The notes: a model not told the origin generated them from the sequence alone. A stretch of DNA of 64,000 nt from Octopus sinensis (GCF_006345805.1 NC_043000.1:34472001-34536000), one strand, 5' to 3'; positions 1-13,702 are shown, counted from the first letter of the stretch. A program made the numbers and translations.

Positions 1-449
1 CAGTTACATCCAATCGTCGTTTAATTATTAATAGTTCTGTCTATCATGAAATATCAAAAAGTTTCGTCACACTTCTGCGTCTTGTAAACTGATTCAGTTC
101 CACCACAGCTGTTGTAAACCTGTTAATGACAAGAATTTATGAACCTCTCTCATTTCCCCGGAATTTTTCTTTCCTTTTGTCTTATCTTGTTTGTTTCTTT
201 TCTTAGTTACATTAAATTTCTAAAACGCCACTTTAATAAAAAGTTATTTCATATTTTGGGTAACTTTTGAGGGTCACTGTGAGACTACTCTAGGACAACT
301 GTGGGTCTTCTGTTTTCAAATTTTAATCACGGACATCTCAAGTCAATTCCTTTTCTTGCTCTGCATTAAATATTTCTTCATTTGTTGCATTACCCTTATT
401 TTAATTTTTATTTAATTTAAATATCACATAATAATAATATATTTTGATT

Positions 450-680
450 TTCGGACCTTAAATAATGAGCTGGCTTTGGTTGACGGACAAGAACTCGAAA
501 CAAGAGACATAAATACGAATTATAGCCGCTCGGGAACAAGCCCTTAGAACAAATCTTATACAGGCAAAGATCGACAAAACTCAAACAGACACCGAATGTA
601 GAATCTACAGGAAAAGTTATGAAAGTATCGATTACCTTTTCATAGATTTCGATACGTTCGCACTAAAAGAGTACGAGTAA
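450..680 (+). mobile_element. R4/Dong-type LINE fragment
   Basis: IAAREQALRTNLIQAKIDKTQTDTECRI...ESIDY resembles the zinc-knuckle region upstream of the RLE. Confidence 0.6.
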
Positions 681-699
681 AAGACTAAAGGAGACCGGA

Positions 700-1490
700 A
701 TTTTGCAGTATTATTTCATTCACTTAGTTTTACAAGTTTACACTTTTATCACCTTCAAAGTATTCTCCATTTGAAGCAAGGCATCGGTTTAAACGATGCG
801 TTTTCCTCTACTCGAAGCAGTACTGGACCCCTTGCCAAGTGATGCCTTTTAACGCCTCTATCGGGGTTTTTTTCTTACCTCTTCCACATCTGCAAATTCC
901 ATAGCACCAGTTTTCGTCACTAGTGATGACTTTCGAAAAAAGGTCCGAATCAGCTTCCAACTGTTCTTTCAGTTCCCGACATACATTCAGTCGTGACTGT
1001 TTTTGATCTTCCACGAGCAAGCGAGGCACAAATTTTGCTGCAACTCTTTTCATTTGCAATTCCTTGCTCAAAATTCGTTGACAAAAGCTCCAAGACACAC
1101 CACTCATATCAAAAAGTTTGTCAATTGTTCGGTAATGGTTCTCCTATTTTCATGATGTTTTCACTCGTTCGGGAAGTCGACGATCGTCCTGAATAAGATT
1201 GATTGTCAAGCGACAAGTGACCATTCCTCAAGCATGAAAACCACTCGTAAACTTGTGTTTTGCTCATGGCAGCGAGCTCGTAAGCTGTTTCAGGCATGAC
1301 AAGTGTTTTGGTTGCCATTTTCCGCAGCAGAAAACATTTCACGGAAGCATGCCGTTCCTTTGCTTCAGCTATTGCAAAAATCGATGAACAAGGAGGAAGC
1401 ACTGCAAAACAAAGACATACTACGTGGCTGAATCCTGAACTACAACGAGCTTGTCACGTACAGAACGTTTCCGGCTACTTTTGGGTATAC
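700..1490 (-). mobile_element. Decayed mariner transposase
   Basis: VYEWF...SGRSSTS HTH region, KFVPRLL (WVPHEL-like) and ITSDENW (first catalytic D). Confidence 0.85.
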
Positions 1491-1866
1491 CTTCGCATAA
1501 GCACAGACATGACTACCCGGGGCTAATGCAAGGGAGTCTACAATTAAGATATTTTTACAAGTTACTTCCCCTGATCTGTGTACTTATTTCGAAAATCCCA
1601 TTCAGTCTTGTGTAAACTCCTGTATTCTCATCCAAATTAGAGATGAGTACCAACACTTCCATGTGAAACGCTTGACAATTGTCAATATCTCATCACATGA
1701 AACCATTGGTTGTCTTTTTAACTCACAAATAAAGTGAGTGTGTGTGGGTGTGTGTGTGTGTGTGTGTGTAAGTGTGTGTATCACCGAGCTCCTCTGCGAA
1801 TTTGATATTATGTGGTGACCATAATACATACACATATGTACGCTCACACACTCACACACACATCTC

Positions 1867-1941
<75 letters not shown>

Positions 1942-2017
1942 ATAAATAATACTACAGATATATATATATATATATGTATATATATAATATATATATATAC
2001 ATATATACATACGTATA

Positions 2018-2125
<108 letters not shown>

Positions 2126-2430
2126 TATAAGCATATGTGGGTACAGTACGTCACAAACGTGTACAACAAAAAATACGAAGTATAGTACATGGTATATGAA
2201 CTATTTTTTTCGAACAACGAAAGACATAAACGGAAAGCAAGACAAGCAACACAAAGAACGACCCTTCATCAGTTGTTTGCTGCGAGGATAATCTGGTGCT
2301 TGACTGAGGAAAGAAAACTTTGAATGACCCGTTCTTGTTTTCTTTGTATCGTCTATCTGGATGTTTTGTTGTCCCTTTTTGTATCACCTAGCTCTCCGGA
2401 TGTTTTACGCTCTTGTCCCATTTTGAATTT

Positions 2431-2461
<31 letters not shown>

Positions 2462-2518
2462 ATATATATATATATTTGAATACATATGTATATATATATA
2501 CAAATACATATATATATA

Positions 2519-2896
2519 TCTCTATATATAAACGGCAGTTTGTCTGTGCGTGTTTCTGTGTGTCTGTTTGCTTGCACCCTCACCCTGACCCGGCTTTCAA
2601 CCGATTCTGATGAAACTTGACACACACATAGCCCAATGTCATAATTCAAAACTAACGCAGCGAAAATTTTGAAAAGTTTTCTCCATTCTGAAAAAAATCG
2701 ATAAATTCCACATGGGGTCGAGAATCAGAAACACGAACCACAAACTGTCTCGGGACGCAACTCCACCTTTTTTAAATCTCAAAAAAAATTTACCATCATT
2801 TTTTTCCATTTTTTGCTATTTTTTGGCTATAACTCTCTAAAAATGCTTTATATTATTTCCCTTACAAACCTGAGCAACGCCGGGCAATACTGCTAG
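2519..2896 (+). mobile_element. Non-autonomous Helitron
   Basis: A|TC...CTAG|T ends, subterminal hairpin CCTGAGCAACGCCGGG at 2869-2884, no TSD. Confidence 0.8.
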
Positions 2897-3068
2897 TATA
2901 TATATATATAATATATATATATATATAATTATATATATATTATATATATCTAACATTTAGGAATGGCCTAACAGGCCATTCGTCCACCAGAAGAGCAGCC
3001 AGAACTCTAACCGCTAAGTAGTGCAATTCGGAAATAAGGAGAAAATTTAAAAACATTTACCCTATTCA

Positions 3069-3166
3069 TCTTTTATACGATGCATCGTTTCAGTGTCTTT
3101 AATGATAGACCAGCTTAATTATAAATTAAGCTAGTCTACCATAGGTCACACTTCATCAGTAAAAGA
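3069..3166 (-). ncRNA. Type I hammerhead ribozyme (family A, copy 1)
   Basis: Minus strand: TCTTTTA-CTGATGA-AGTGT...long hairpin...ACACT-GAAA-CGATGCATCG-TA-TAAAAGA. 7-bp stem I, canonical core, palindromic stem III, GUA site. Confidence 0.88.
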
Positions 3167-3527
3167 ACCTGGGAGAGACGATATACACGAGGCGACTGTA
3201 TCAATGCCTCGGAATATCTGTCTTAAAATTTTCAAGACAAACGCATTCGCGCCAAACTTATCGCACAATATAAACTGCCGATTCAATCTCAAATTAGTCA
3301 GAAAATTATCAATTAATCAATTTAGGGTAGCAAAAAATTCAGTAAAATTTATCGCTACCAGCGGCCTAGGGAAAAGAGAAAATAGTCAAAGACTAAATAT
3401 ATATATATAACATTTAGGAATGGCCTAAACAGGCCATTCGTCCACCAGAAAGAGCAGCCAGAACTCTAACCGCTAAGTAGTGCAATTCGGAAATAGGAGA
3501 AAATTTAAAAACGTTTACCCTAATTCA

Positions 3528-3626
3528 TCTTTTATACGATGCATCGTTTCAGTGTCTTTAATGATAGCAGCTTAATTAAATTAAATTAAGCTAGTCTACC
3601 ATAGGTCACACTTCATCAGTAAAAGA
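3528..3626 (-). ncRNA. Type I hammerhead ribozyme (family A, copy 2)
   Basis: Same motif as 3069-3166, 459 nt away in the adjacent tandem unit. Confidence 0.85.
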
Positions 3627-3964
3627 AACCTGGGAGAGACGGATATACACGAGGCGACTGTATCAATGCCTCGGAATATCTGTCTTAAAATTTTCAAGAC
3701 CAACGCATTCGCGCCAAACTTATCGGCACAATATAAACTGCCGATTCAATCTCAGAATTAGTCAGAAAATTATCAATTAATCAATTTAGGTAGCAAAAAA
3801 TTCAGTAAAAATATATATATATATATATATATATCACATATGTGTATATATACATATGTATATATATATATATATTATATATATATTATACCCACACACA
3901 CACATATATATATTCGTTTTTTCTTTAGTTTCAGGTCAGAGCTGTCACCATGCTGGGGCACCGC

Positions 3965-5320
3965 CGTTTTGCTACATTGTTATTACTGAGAGCCTCCTCT
4001 AATATGTGACATTTGGAGAATAAGGGAGTTTGATGTCGCTACCGTCATCTGCACCTCTTGCCACGAGGTAGGTTCATCTGGGACTTTCGACAGGAAGGGG
4101 TTCAATTTTGATTCGAAAACATCTACATCCACTTTGTGTATGTCCCTCAGGACCTTTGGGAGAATATCAAAAAGCTGTGGGCCCTGAAACCCAGGTTGTT
4201 GCAGTAACTGAGCCTGAAGCGCGATGACATTGTTCTGATCTTTGGCACTATGCATTGTCGACCCGTTCTGGAATTAGTGTAACTTTCAGTGCCAAAACTT
4301 GGCACAATTCCTTCCAGGATCTTCCAGATGTATATTACTGCATACCTCTCCCGCCTCCGCTCCAGGGTATAGTGTCTTAGCTGTTCCAGCCTTTCCCAGT
4401 AGCTGAGCTGTTGCAAAGAGACGATCTTCTTTGTGAAGCTTCGCTGGATTGCTTTTAGGTCCACTGTTAATTTTACATTGTTTGGTGACCATAGCTAGGA
4501 GCAGTAATCCAGGCGGCTGAGGACGAATGTCCTCCAGAGGACCATCATGGTTTCCTCATCTCTGGTTCTGAACCTTCTCAGGATCCAGCCAGCCAGTCGT
4601 TTGCACTTTGTCGCCATCCTGGTAATGTGCACTTGGAAAGAGGTATCATCATTCATGTCGATACCCAGGTCCCTCGCTGATTTAGGCCCTGGGATTGTAA
4701 TTCCCTGTGGACTAGTGTATCCTGTAAGTTTTATATCCAGTTTTGGAGGCTGGTAGCGCAGGGTTTGGAATTTTTCAGCATTAAAATGCATATTATTATC
4801 CTCAGCCCCTCTGTAAATTAAGTCCAACTCCTGCTGCAAGTGTGCAACATCGCTGAGGTTCTGTATTTTCCGCAAGACTTTCGTATCGTCTGCGTAGCTA
4901 GCAAGGGGGGGGGGCTATCCGGGCAGTTGAAGGCATATCTGAGAGGGCCACTATAAAAAGCAGAGGTCCCAAGACAGTGCCCTGTGGAACACCGCTCACT
5001 ATTTGTTTTCATTGAGGTGGATCCATTGGCCACTACTGCCTGACTTCTATCTTTCAAAAAGTCATGTAACCACTCTCCAAATTTTCCAGCTATGCTTAGA
5101 CCATGCAGTTTGTGGTATATCATACCATGATCCACTTTATCAAAAGCTTTTGCCAAACCAAGTTATATGTCCACATTTGAGTTGTTGAGTAACTGCCTCA
5201 ACACCCAGTCATAATGTTGTAAGAGCTGGGTCAGGCAGCTCCTACCTGGTTGAAAGCCATGCTGGGCATCACTCAGCAAGTTACTTTCTTCAAGGAATGC
5301 GATTAGTTTCCCCTCTGACT
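3965..5320 (-). mobile_element. CR1-clade LINE, RT to 3' end, frameshifted
   Basis: AKAFDKVDHG, VPQGTVLGP, YADDTK, FNAEKFQ, LSRLDYCS, SYWERLEQL...LERRRERY. Confidence 0.9.
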
Positions 5321-5354
5321 ATGTATATACATACATACATATATACATACATAC

Positions 5355-5396
<42 letters not shown>

Positions 5397-5397
5397 A

Positions 5398-5434
<37 letters not shown>

Positions 5435-6049
5435 ATATATATATAATATATATATATATATATTATATATATATATGCATGTATGTATATATAGATAGAT
5501 ACATGCGTATATATATATACATATATGTGTATAGAGATAGAGAGAGAGATGCGTGTATATATATGTATGTATGTATGTATGCGCATAAATGTAGGCTACA
5601 TGAATGTGTGTGATTGTGTTCCGTACAGTTTTTAATTTTAAGCATATATTGAAACACTATAATTCGTAGTTTTTTTGTTTTTTTTCTTGTGCTTTGTCTG
5701 CAAATGTAACATTTCTAAACCTAACACCAGTTTTGCTCGATCTTCATTGTGTTATCGATTAAGTCTGCTTCATTGTTCGGGCCCTGTTTGGCCTTTATTG
5801 TCAATCCCACTCCCTAGAGATCGTGTCTCGATAAAGCATTGGTGGTTGTGTCCCTTTAACACGACAGTGCTCTTTGTGAATTAAAAATGTCAAGTATAAA
5901 TTTATATCTGAACTGTGTTATACAGCCTGAATCTTCAAGTAAATGTCTCTTCCACGGCAAGTATACAACAGGATGGGCCTGGTCTTTACCCAACAACAAC
6001 TGCAAGGATTAGGAAAAGATGATCTCAAAGTGACAGCAGAACTCTAATG

Positions 6050-6340
6050 GAATGTTTCTGCAAAGATTACAAAAGAAAGATTACGAAGGTTCTCGAAAAC
6101 AAAAATGTTATCAAAGACACGAATGCGTGGGCTATTCTAGTGCTGAGATGCTCTATATCGCTTTTCTAGAATAGACAAAGATAACGCAACAGGAATTCAA
6201 TAATAGTAGGAAACTACTTGCAATCTACAATGGACACCATTCCAAAATTAATATCGACAACTTTAACCTATCAAGAAAGGGAAAATGCAGAAGATTGTTA
6301 AACACAAAAGACATCATTAGCGTTGCGATTTGGGGTTTGG
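6050..6340 (+). mobile_element. R4/Dong-type LINE RT thumb fragment
   Basis: KNVIKDTNAWAILVLRCS and HSKINIDNFNLSRKGKCRRL-like motifs. Confidence 0.5.
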
Positions 6341-7049
6341 AAAATAGTTTTACCAATCAACACAAACTAACTTTAACACAATTAACTTTTTAGATACCAT
6401 TTTTAAACCCTGATAAAAATAACTTTGAGCCTTAGTTAATTATTTTACAGAGACAAAGGTTCTAATCACCGACTTAACATTTTACGAAATTTGTTTCCCC
6501 AAATTAGTTGGTGTATGTCTTTATTGTCTGCAGATAAAGCTGTCTTTAAAAGTGCACGCAGTGGATTTAATGAAGGGATGCAAAACATGGCGAATATCAG
6601 AATTTGTTATCTAACTCAATCTTCAACTTATCTCTTAAAATAGACACAACAAAAGTATTTCTGAAGCAGATTTCCCACCATTTTTCAGTAATCATAAGCC
6701 TCGCAAACTCTACAGTATGAAACCAGTTAAATTTACCTACTTTGTATGCGAGGACTTCAAAGCTTGCATTTGATGTCATAACATTAAAAAGTTCGCTAAC
6801 AACAATAACCAGAATTAAATTTCTACACTTACCTGCCTCTGTACTGATCGTAGTAGCTGCCAGCTAGATATTAATTGCTTGGTGAAGCTCGCAACTTATT
6901 GCACTTAAATGCACTTGAGTAACAACTGTTCACCTCAGTCACATATTAGACTAACCACAGATTTCTTCAAAATATGAATCTACCGACATAAACACACCGA
7001 CAGAAAGAAGCTTCGCTGCGGCTAAATATATTTGACTTCTTAAAGAGAC

Positions 7050-9240
7050 GACCTATCACACGTACATGAATTATTCCATCCTGGGCCATGCACTACCATG
7101 CTACCTCAGAAGCTTTGCATTCAGACTCCGTTACCATTTATACTTAACTTGATCAACTTCCAAATGGCTTGAAGCTTTTCATAGCAGCTGAGGAGAGACG
7201 GGCGAGATGTTACATATATGCGAATGCAAACCATTCGCGAGCTTTTTACTTACTGCTGAGAAAAGGATAACGCCTTCACCACAACAGCAACATCACCAAC
7301 AAAAGCAGTATCATCAACAACGACACACCCATAACAGCAGTGCCAACAACAACAATATCAAAAACAACTTCAGTAACAGACACTAGCGCCATAACCCAGA
7401 AAGAAAAGTATGGCCTACACACCAGAACCCATAGAAAATTTCCCTATATCAGTCAAGCTGACTACCTGCATAGAAATACTCCGCTGCGCAAACAGTCTCC
7501 ACCTGCCCACCCTCGCCATAGATTTCTCCGACTGTGAAAACTCATCTCGCGACGAAGTCAGAATGGATTCTTGTGAAGGACAAAGACTTAAAAATGAAAA
7601 GCGTTGCAGCGGACTAAAAAAGGAAGAGATTAGAGGAGGAAACACATAATCCGACAAATAATCGCACACTCAAACTCTCAACACCCACGCAAAATCTCTG
7701 ACAACACTACAAACAGCATAATAAAGGAAAACACATATCAATCTACACCAGCAACGTGGACAGCACCCTCGAAACCGAACAAACAAACAATATTGTCAAC
7801 TATCCGGCCAGAGACACAAACAACAACGACTTAATGAAACATGTTCATCAATGCACATACACCCCTACTCACATAAAGCATTGTAAAAACAACGTAAGAA
7901 ACCTGCAACAGACTGAAAGCAAAATATCTCAAGGCAATGAGAGATTTCATAGGGATTATAAGCAAAGGACTCTTTAAAGAAATGCTTGTGGAGTGAGCCA
8001 TAAATAATCAGAAAGCGAGACACGTGATCCTCCACAAAAATGTGTTTCTTTTACTAATTTTATCTTTTGTCGAATATGACCATACTCAGAATAAGCACGA
8101 CGTGAAAGCACGTCGTGTGGGGTCCCCCTGGATGAAGGACCACTTATTCAATGACTCCAGGTCACTAGATATAGGTGCAGTGGCCATCAGCGAGACCAGA
8201 ATTTCCGAAGCACTAGCATTCGTGAACATCTTCGGCAGCTATGAGTTGTAAGCATCTCCAAGCCAGCCAGTATTGTGTAGCGGGGTAGCTGTGTTGTATC
8301 AAAAAAGGTTGAATCTTTGCAAACGGGTCATCTTCTTAAACCCAGAAAGTAATTTGACGGGGCTTAGCAAATTTGTAGCAATAAGGGAAAATTGATTAGA
8401 ATGAGTCTTAGAGATTTAGAAGTGCGCGTAGAAAACTACGCGTAGAAAACTACGCGCTCGCGTTGAGATTGGCCTTGACTAATTCTTCAACGCAAAACGT
8501 AATGCATTGTCAAACCTAAGACGCTTGATCCAAGAATCGGTGGGACAAAAGCCTTTCAATGGGCCTAAGTGAGAAAAGCGCAACGTGGCAAGAAATCCAC
8601 AATTCGGTCTTTGGTGGACCAAGATGGGTGCATGCTACATGACACCTGACTTATGTTTACAACTCTTTGGCAGCACCGAACTCGATTGCTCAGGACGAGT
8701 GGCGAGCCGGATCGCAGAATGGACTTCAGTACCTACTTTCACTGCCTAACACGATCTCAGTGCAAAGGGTGGAGTGTTGTGAAAATAAGATAACAGCCTC
8801 GGAAATACGAGAAACGATGATTGTTTGCACTGCAGGCAAGTCTTCTTGTTGACATGGTCTGCCCTACGAGCTTTACTTTTACATGCCAGATTTGTTTGGA
8901 GACCTCTTAGCAGACATTTGTCGCGACTGGTAGCACAACGGGGAAATACCCCGTTCTGTGAATCGAAAAGCGATGAGGCTATTAGAAATGGACTCAAACA
9001 AGGGGGCCACATTGATAATTATCGATCCATAACTCAGTTATATACAAATTTCAAAATTTTAGTCAAAGCGTTAGCGAAGAGATTAGCGCATGCTAATGGC
9101 CTAATTGATGATGTGCAAAACATGTGCCACCCCGAACAGATCTACCCACGACAACGTCCACTTCATGCGATACATAGAGAGGTAAAGAAGCTAGTATGAT
9201 TGAGACCCTAATCAATTTAGATCAATCAAAAGCTTGTTTG
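7050..9240 (+). mobile_element. Decayed L1/Tx1-type LINE pieces (ORF1 knuckle remnant, APE, RT)
   Basis: DIGAVAISETRI (APE), NKITASEIRETM, NYRSITQLYTNFKILVKALAKRL and LINLDQSKA. Confidence 0.7.
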
Positions 9241-9319
9241 TCCTCGGAAAATTCATTTTTAGAGGAACTCCTTTGTTGTTTTTTTTAATTTATCAAATTT
9301 AGCAATCGCATTACTTACA

Positions 9320-9630
9320 GGCATATGGCCTAGTGGTTAGAACAGCGGATTCGCGGTCGAAGGATCGCGGGTTCGAATCTCAGACCAGGCGATATGTATG
9401 TTTATGAGCGAAACACCTCAGCGCCACGCGACTCCGGCAGAAGGTAATGGCGAACTTCTGCTGACTCTTTCGCCACAACTTTCTCTCGCTCTTTCCTCCT
9501 GCATCTTGCAGCTCACTTGCGACAGACTGGCGTCCCGTCCAGGTGGGGAACCGTTACGCCAAGGAAACCGGGAAACCGGCCCTTATGAGCCAGGCATGGC
9601 TCGACAAGGAACAAACAAAAAACAAACAAT
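9320..9630 (+). mobile_element. tRNA-derived SINE with (AAAC)n tail
   Basis: A box TGGCCTAGTGG, B box GGTTCGAATC, body with gactggcgtcccgtccagg. Confidence 0.75.
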
Positions 9631-9679
9631 CTATAGTGATCAATGAATTCGTATTTTGCTATGAATATTTATGATAACG

Positions 9680-9875
9680 AAGGCGGCGAGTTTACGGAAT
9701 CGTTAGCAGACTGGGGAAAGTACTTAGCAGCATTTGAGCCGTCTTTATGTTCTGAGTTCGAATTCCGCCAGGGTCGACAAAATGAGTCTCGGATGAACAC
9801 TAAGATCGATTAAATCGACTTAACCTCTCCCTTTCACTATCATGCTGGCCTTGTGCCAAAATTTGAAACCATTAT
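9680..9875 (+). mobile_element. Nin-domain-type tRNA SINE; further copies ~15480-15570(-), 33115-33320(+), 50790-50950(+), 54562-54730(+)
   Basis: aaggcggcgag head, gagttcgaattcc B box, similarity to the copies at 17149 and 39120. Confidence 0.7.
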
Positions 9876-10788
9876 TCATGACATCGATTTTAGGAAGAAA
9901 TTATTTTAGTAATTTACAATTTAAAAACTGAGAATTTCGAAATTTAAGTTTGAAAATATTTAAATTTAATTTCTTTTAAAAGATAGTTTCCAATAATAAA
10001 ATGATGGTTTTAAATAAATGAAGGGTGATAAACGATGAAGATGAACGAAAATAAAAATAATGTAGTTTGTATCTTAGTAATTTTTATGTCAAATATATTT
10101 TTTTATGGTGATAAAAATATTGATTAAAAAATAAGATTAAAATAAAAGAACACAGACAGCGCACAAAAATATCTATCTATTCTCTTAACTACCTATCTCG
10201 CTTCATGTGTATGTGTGTGTGTATTTACGTATGCTTTTACGTGCAAAATCAGTGTCTTATGGAAAGCAGTAGCAATGCAGGTCGAATAACAAAATCATAG
10301 TAATGTTACTTTAGAAATATTTCGGGTAAAACCCCCTTTTCAAAACTGAAAAATATATCCATTAACTTGGCATGCCAGTTCTGTATGTGTCTGCGGCAGT
10401 CAAAAGGTTACTTGTGAAGAGATGTGAAGTTTGAGGTTATGATGGGCAGCTGTGATGTGCGACATATAAACAAGCTATCCAACAGCAACCAGCTTAGATC
10501 GAATGAGGTGTTGTGACAATACCTCACAGCCCTTCGAACATAATACACCGTCCCAAATTCCTCATCCTTCCACACGTGGTCTTATGATCAACACACACAT
10601 ATATACAAAGAGTTAGTACCTGCTGGTCAGAATAATATATTGAGGATTTATTAAACTTTGCTATTCGTTTTTAAGAGTAAAATGCTATTAGAATTAAGCT
10701 CCTGCCTCTGTCCCTTTTCCCAGTTGTGCCTCTCTAGAGGTTCTAATAGGTCGCCGAGCAAGATTTTACATGACTTTGATATTCTGAA

Positions 10789-11325
10789 CACGCATTGAAA
10801 CCACACTTATAAGTCCACCTCCAAATTATTGTAAAATTTCATATTTGTATGGTGTGTGCACATACACACTTATGATTGTTTCTCTTAGAACCAACAATAC
10901 ATCAATGCTCAACTAATGGATTTATAATGGAGCTATATCCGCTGCCATTTACAGATCCTTATCATTTAGCTTCTTTTTCTTGCCCAGGGGCGCAGTATTG
11001 ATATTCCCGAGAACCTAGTGTTGTTGTCGAACACTATTCAGATTATCAATAAGAATTCGAACATTCCAAAATCAAAATTCTATAAAATAGTCATTGTTTT
11101 AACCACACGAGTATGGTTCATCTGGATGTGAAGATTCAATCGGGGAGGCTGAGACAATCCACGTTTGGGGCCACTCTTCTAACCTCTTCTCATTGAGATG
11201 AGCGGCTTCGAGAAATTTTCTTTTTATACGGCACAGTGTTACTCCTACTGCCGTTAGATGATCAGAGAACTTTTGAGGAAGAAGTAAATTTGGAGGTGGA
11301 CTTATAAGTGTGGTTTTAATGCGTG
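10789..11325. repeat. 39-bp inverted repeats enclosing ~460 bp (possible non-autonomous TIR element)
   Basis: 10789-10827 vs 11287-11325, one mismatch. Confidence 0.7.
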
Positions 11326-11579
11326 GAGGAAGAAGCTGTTGAACATCACCTTCCTCATTATTTCGTCAGTGAAATATTTCGATCAATGGCAATGACTGGA
11401 GGTAAGAAACTGCTTCATAAAACCCTCCACTATCATTGACACTGAAGACGAGTCCTCCACCTGTAGCGAAGAACTTCTCACTTTACCTCAACACTAGCAT
11501 GGGGGCCAAGGTAAGTGTTATTGGTCCTAGGGAAGGAGGGCTTTCATGTCTTTTCTGCCGGACACATATTCATGCACAC

Positions 11580-11635
<56 letters not shown>

Positions 11636-11714
11636 GCATAGGAGGTTCCAAAGCATGTATTTTTAGATTTAACTCACTGGAAATAATGAAGTGGGGAGTG
11701 GGGTAGACTAACCT

Positions 11715-12113
11715 TTGGAGAAGAAAATTTTATTCTGGGATATTACAGGAAGTTCGAAAATTCAGTCAAAAGTGCAAAGACAGTTTAGGAGGGAGTTTCA
11801 AACAGATCCATCCACGTGCCATACTATCACTCCAATTAAAGACTTGGCCTCATCTGACCATCATCCGTTCCCCAACATGAAAAATCACTTGACTGGGGTC
11901 CAGTATCGCAGTGATGATAACATTATATCTGTTGTTGATCCCTTTTTTGAGCAACAGCATGGAAGCTTCTTTAGGAATGGGATCCAAGCCCTACAACACC
12001 GATGGAAGAAGAGTGTGGGCTGCAAGAGGGACCAGGTTGAAAAAATAAACCCCATTTGGTTACATTCCATGAGAATATATTGGCCAACCTATGAACTTTT
12101 CAGCTGACCCTCG

Positions 12114-12114
<1 letters not shown>
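11715..12114 (+). mobile_element. Tc1/mariner remnant with 3' TIR
   Basis: DLASSDHHPFPNMKNHL...FFRNGIQALQHRWKK...VEK, ending ctgaccctcgTA. Confidence 0.8.
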
Positions 12115-12145
<31 letters not shown>

Positions 12146-12255
12146 TGTATGTATGTATGTATGTATGTATGTATGTATGTATGTATGTATGTATGTATTG
12201 TATGTCTATGTATGTATGCATGCATGTGTGTATGTCATGAATGTAAGTATGTACG

Positions 12256-12319
<64 letters not shown>

Positions 12320-12329
12320 CACACACACA

Positions 12330-13650
12330 GACTTCATTTGTGTGTTTGACAAGGTTACCATTGGTTTCATGCCGAGAGATTTCTCAGCGGTCATCAAATC
12401 TTCTACATGGGACATTTGTATTCATCTCCATCTTGGATGAGAATACAACGAAGCTACACGAGACCGTGCGGGAATTTGCAATAAAGAAGTAAATATATAG
12501 ATCAAGGGGACAACTCCTAATTGTTGTCTCCCTTGTATTAACCCTGGCCACGTCCAAATTTATAAATATAGATATATAAACACACATATAAATATATAAA
12601 TACACAGGTATATGAACATACATATCCATACAGAATATGTGCATGCGCGCGCACACATGCACACACACACAAACACACACTCTCACTCACACACATAAAC
12701 ACACTAGTCCACACGCCCACACCTGCGTTATGCATTTTATTCATGTTTGAGTATGTGCACATAATTGTGGAGTTTCACATATTTATTTTTTTTTTACATA
12801 TTTTAACGTCAAAATGTGGTCAATGGGATTATGAGTTCATGGGACTATGTATATTTGATTTTGATTTTGATTTTTCCAGTTTCAGCTCATGAGCTGTGGC
12901 CATGCTGGGGCACCGCCATTTGTATATGTTTATTATGTAAATCATACGATGTCATACACATACATACACACGTCTGCATTATGAATTTTGTTCATGTTTG
13001 AGTAGAGTTTCCCATGTTTTGCCGTCAAAATTTGGGATTGTAAATTCATGTGGTTGTAGATTCATAAATTTGTGTATATACGTATTCTGTGATACATGTG
13101 GCGTCATGAGTGTGTGCTGTAATGTACGTATATCTGTGTAATGAGGGATTTCAGCCTATGTTTATGGGAGCATATGTCTTTTATGCATAGTGTTCATATA
13201 ATGCTTATAATTGATGTTCAGAGAAAAAGTTTATCCATGTTGAAGGGCTGGCGAAGTAGAATGGGTGGGGGAAATATGCTTGAAATTTCGATGCATGAAT
13301 TGTTGCCTGTGTATGCAGTGAGAGGTGTGGGGGTTCTTCCGTAATATTTAAAACGTTCACTATTGATGTTATGATATTCAGTTTTTTCGGTAATGCAGAG
13401 CTCGCATTTGCTGCGTCGTCCCAGTATTTGCTGGCCTTAGTAACTCCAGTTTATCTGGGGGCTGCTCACGTCTTCCTCTCTTTAAGTGCCCATACCATAT
13501 TAGATAAAGAGGTTGTGTCTTTTGTTTTATCTTTGAACGAAGCCAAATGCTGCATATATCTTTCTTTGAAAGTATTTCCCGTCATTCCAATGTAGGTCTT
13601 CGTCGTTCCGTTCAAATCCGCAATGTTGCTCTTGTACACTAATTTTTAAA
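12330..13650 (-). mobile_element. Penelope-like element 3' remnant (GIY-YIG endonuclease, 3' UTR, HHR)
   Basis: Minus frame ~13645-13500 reads [47 protein letters not shown], then CELCITEK after a frameshift. Confidence 0.8.
12351..12402 (-). ncRNA. Decayed hammerhead motif (family E) at the 3' end of a Penelope remnant
   Basis: Minus strand: AAGAT-TTGATGA-cc-GCTGAGA-aatc-TCTCGGC-at-GAAA-CCAATGG-TA-ACCTT. Mismatches at the base of stem II and in stem I. Confidence 0.55.
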
Positions 13651-13702
13651 GGCACACACACATGACAGATATACAATGAGACAGACAGACAGACAGACAG
13701 AC

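Larger units (their letters stand above)
2951..3810 (-). mobile_element. Tandem (~1.9 x 457 bp) HHR-bearing retrozyme / Penelope pLTR-like repeat in (TA)n
   Basis: Units start at 2951 and 3408 (taacatttaggaatggcc), one HHR per unit, (TA)n at the flanks and junction. Confidence 0.75.

Noticed and set aside
2150-2290. CTGATGA on the minus strand at ~2266-2272 as a hammerhead
   Set aside because: Could not find a matching stem II closure, GAAA and stem I partner
2600-2620. CTGATGAAAC in the Helitron body
   Set aside because: No stem II between core halves
6825-6960. Minus-strand CAG|GTAAGT donor suggesting an exon
   Set aside because: No supporting ORF or acceptor, and such motifs are expected by chance
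9320-9392. Functional tRNA gene
   Set aside because: A and B boxes continue into a SINE body and tail, so this is a SINE head
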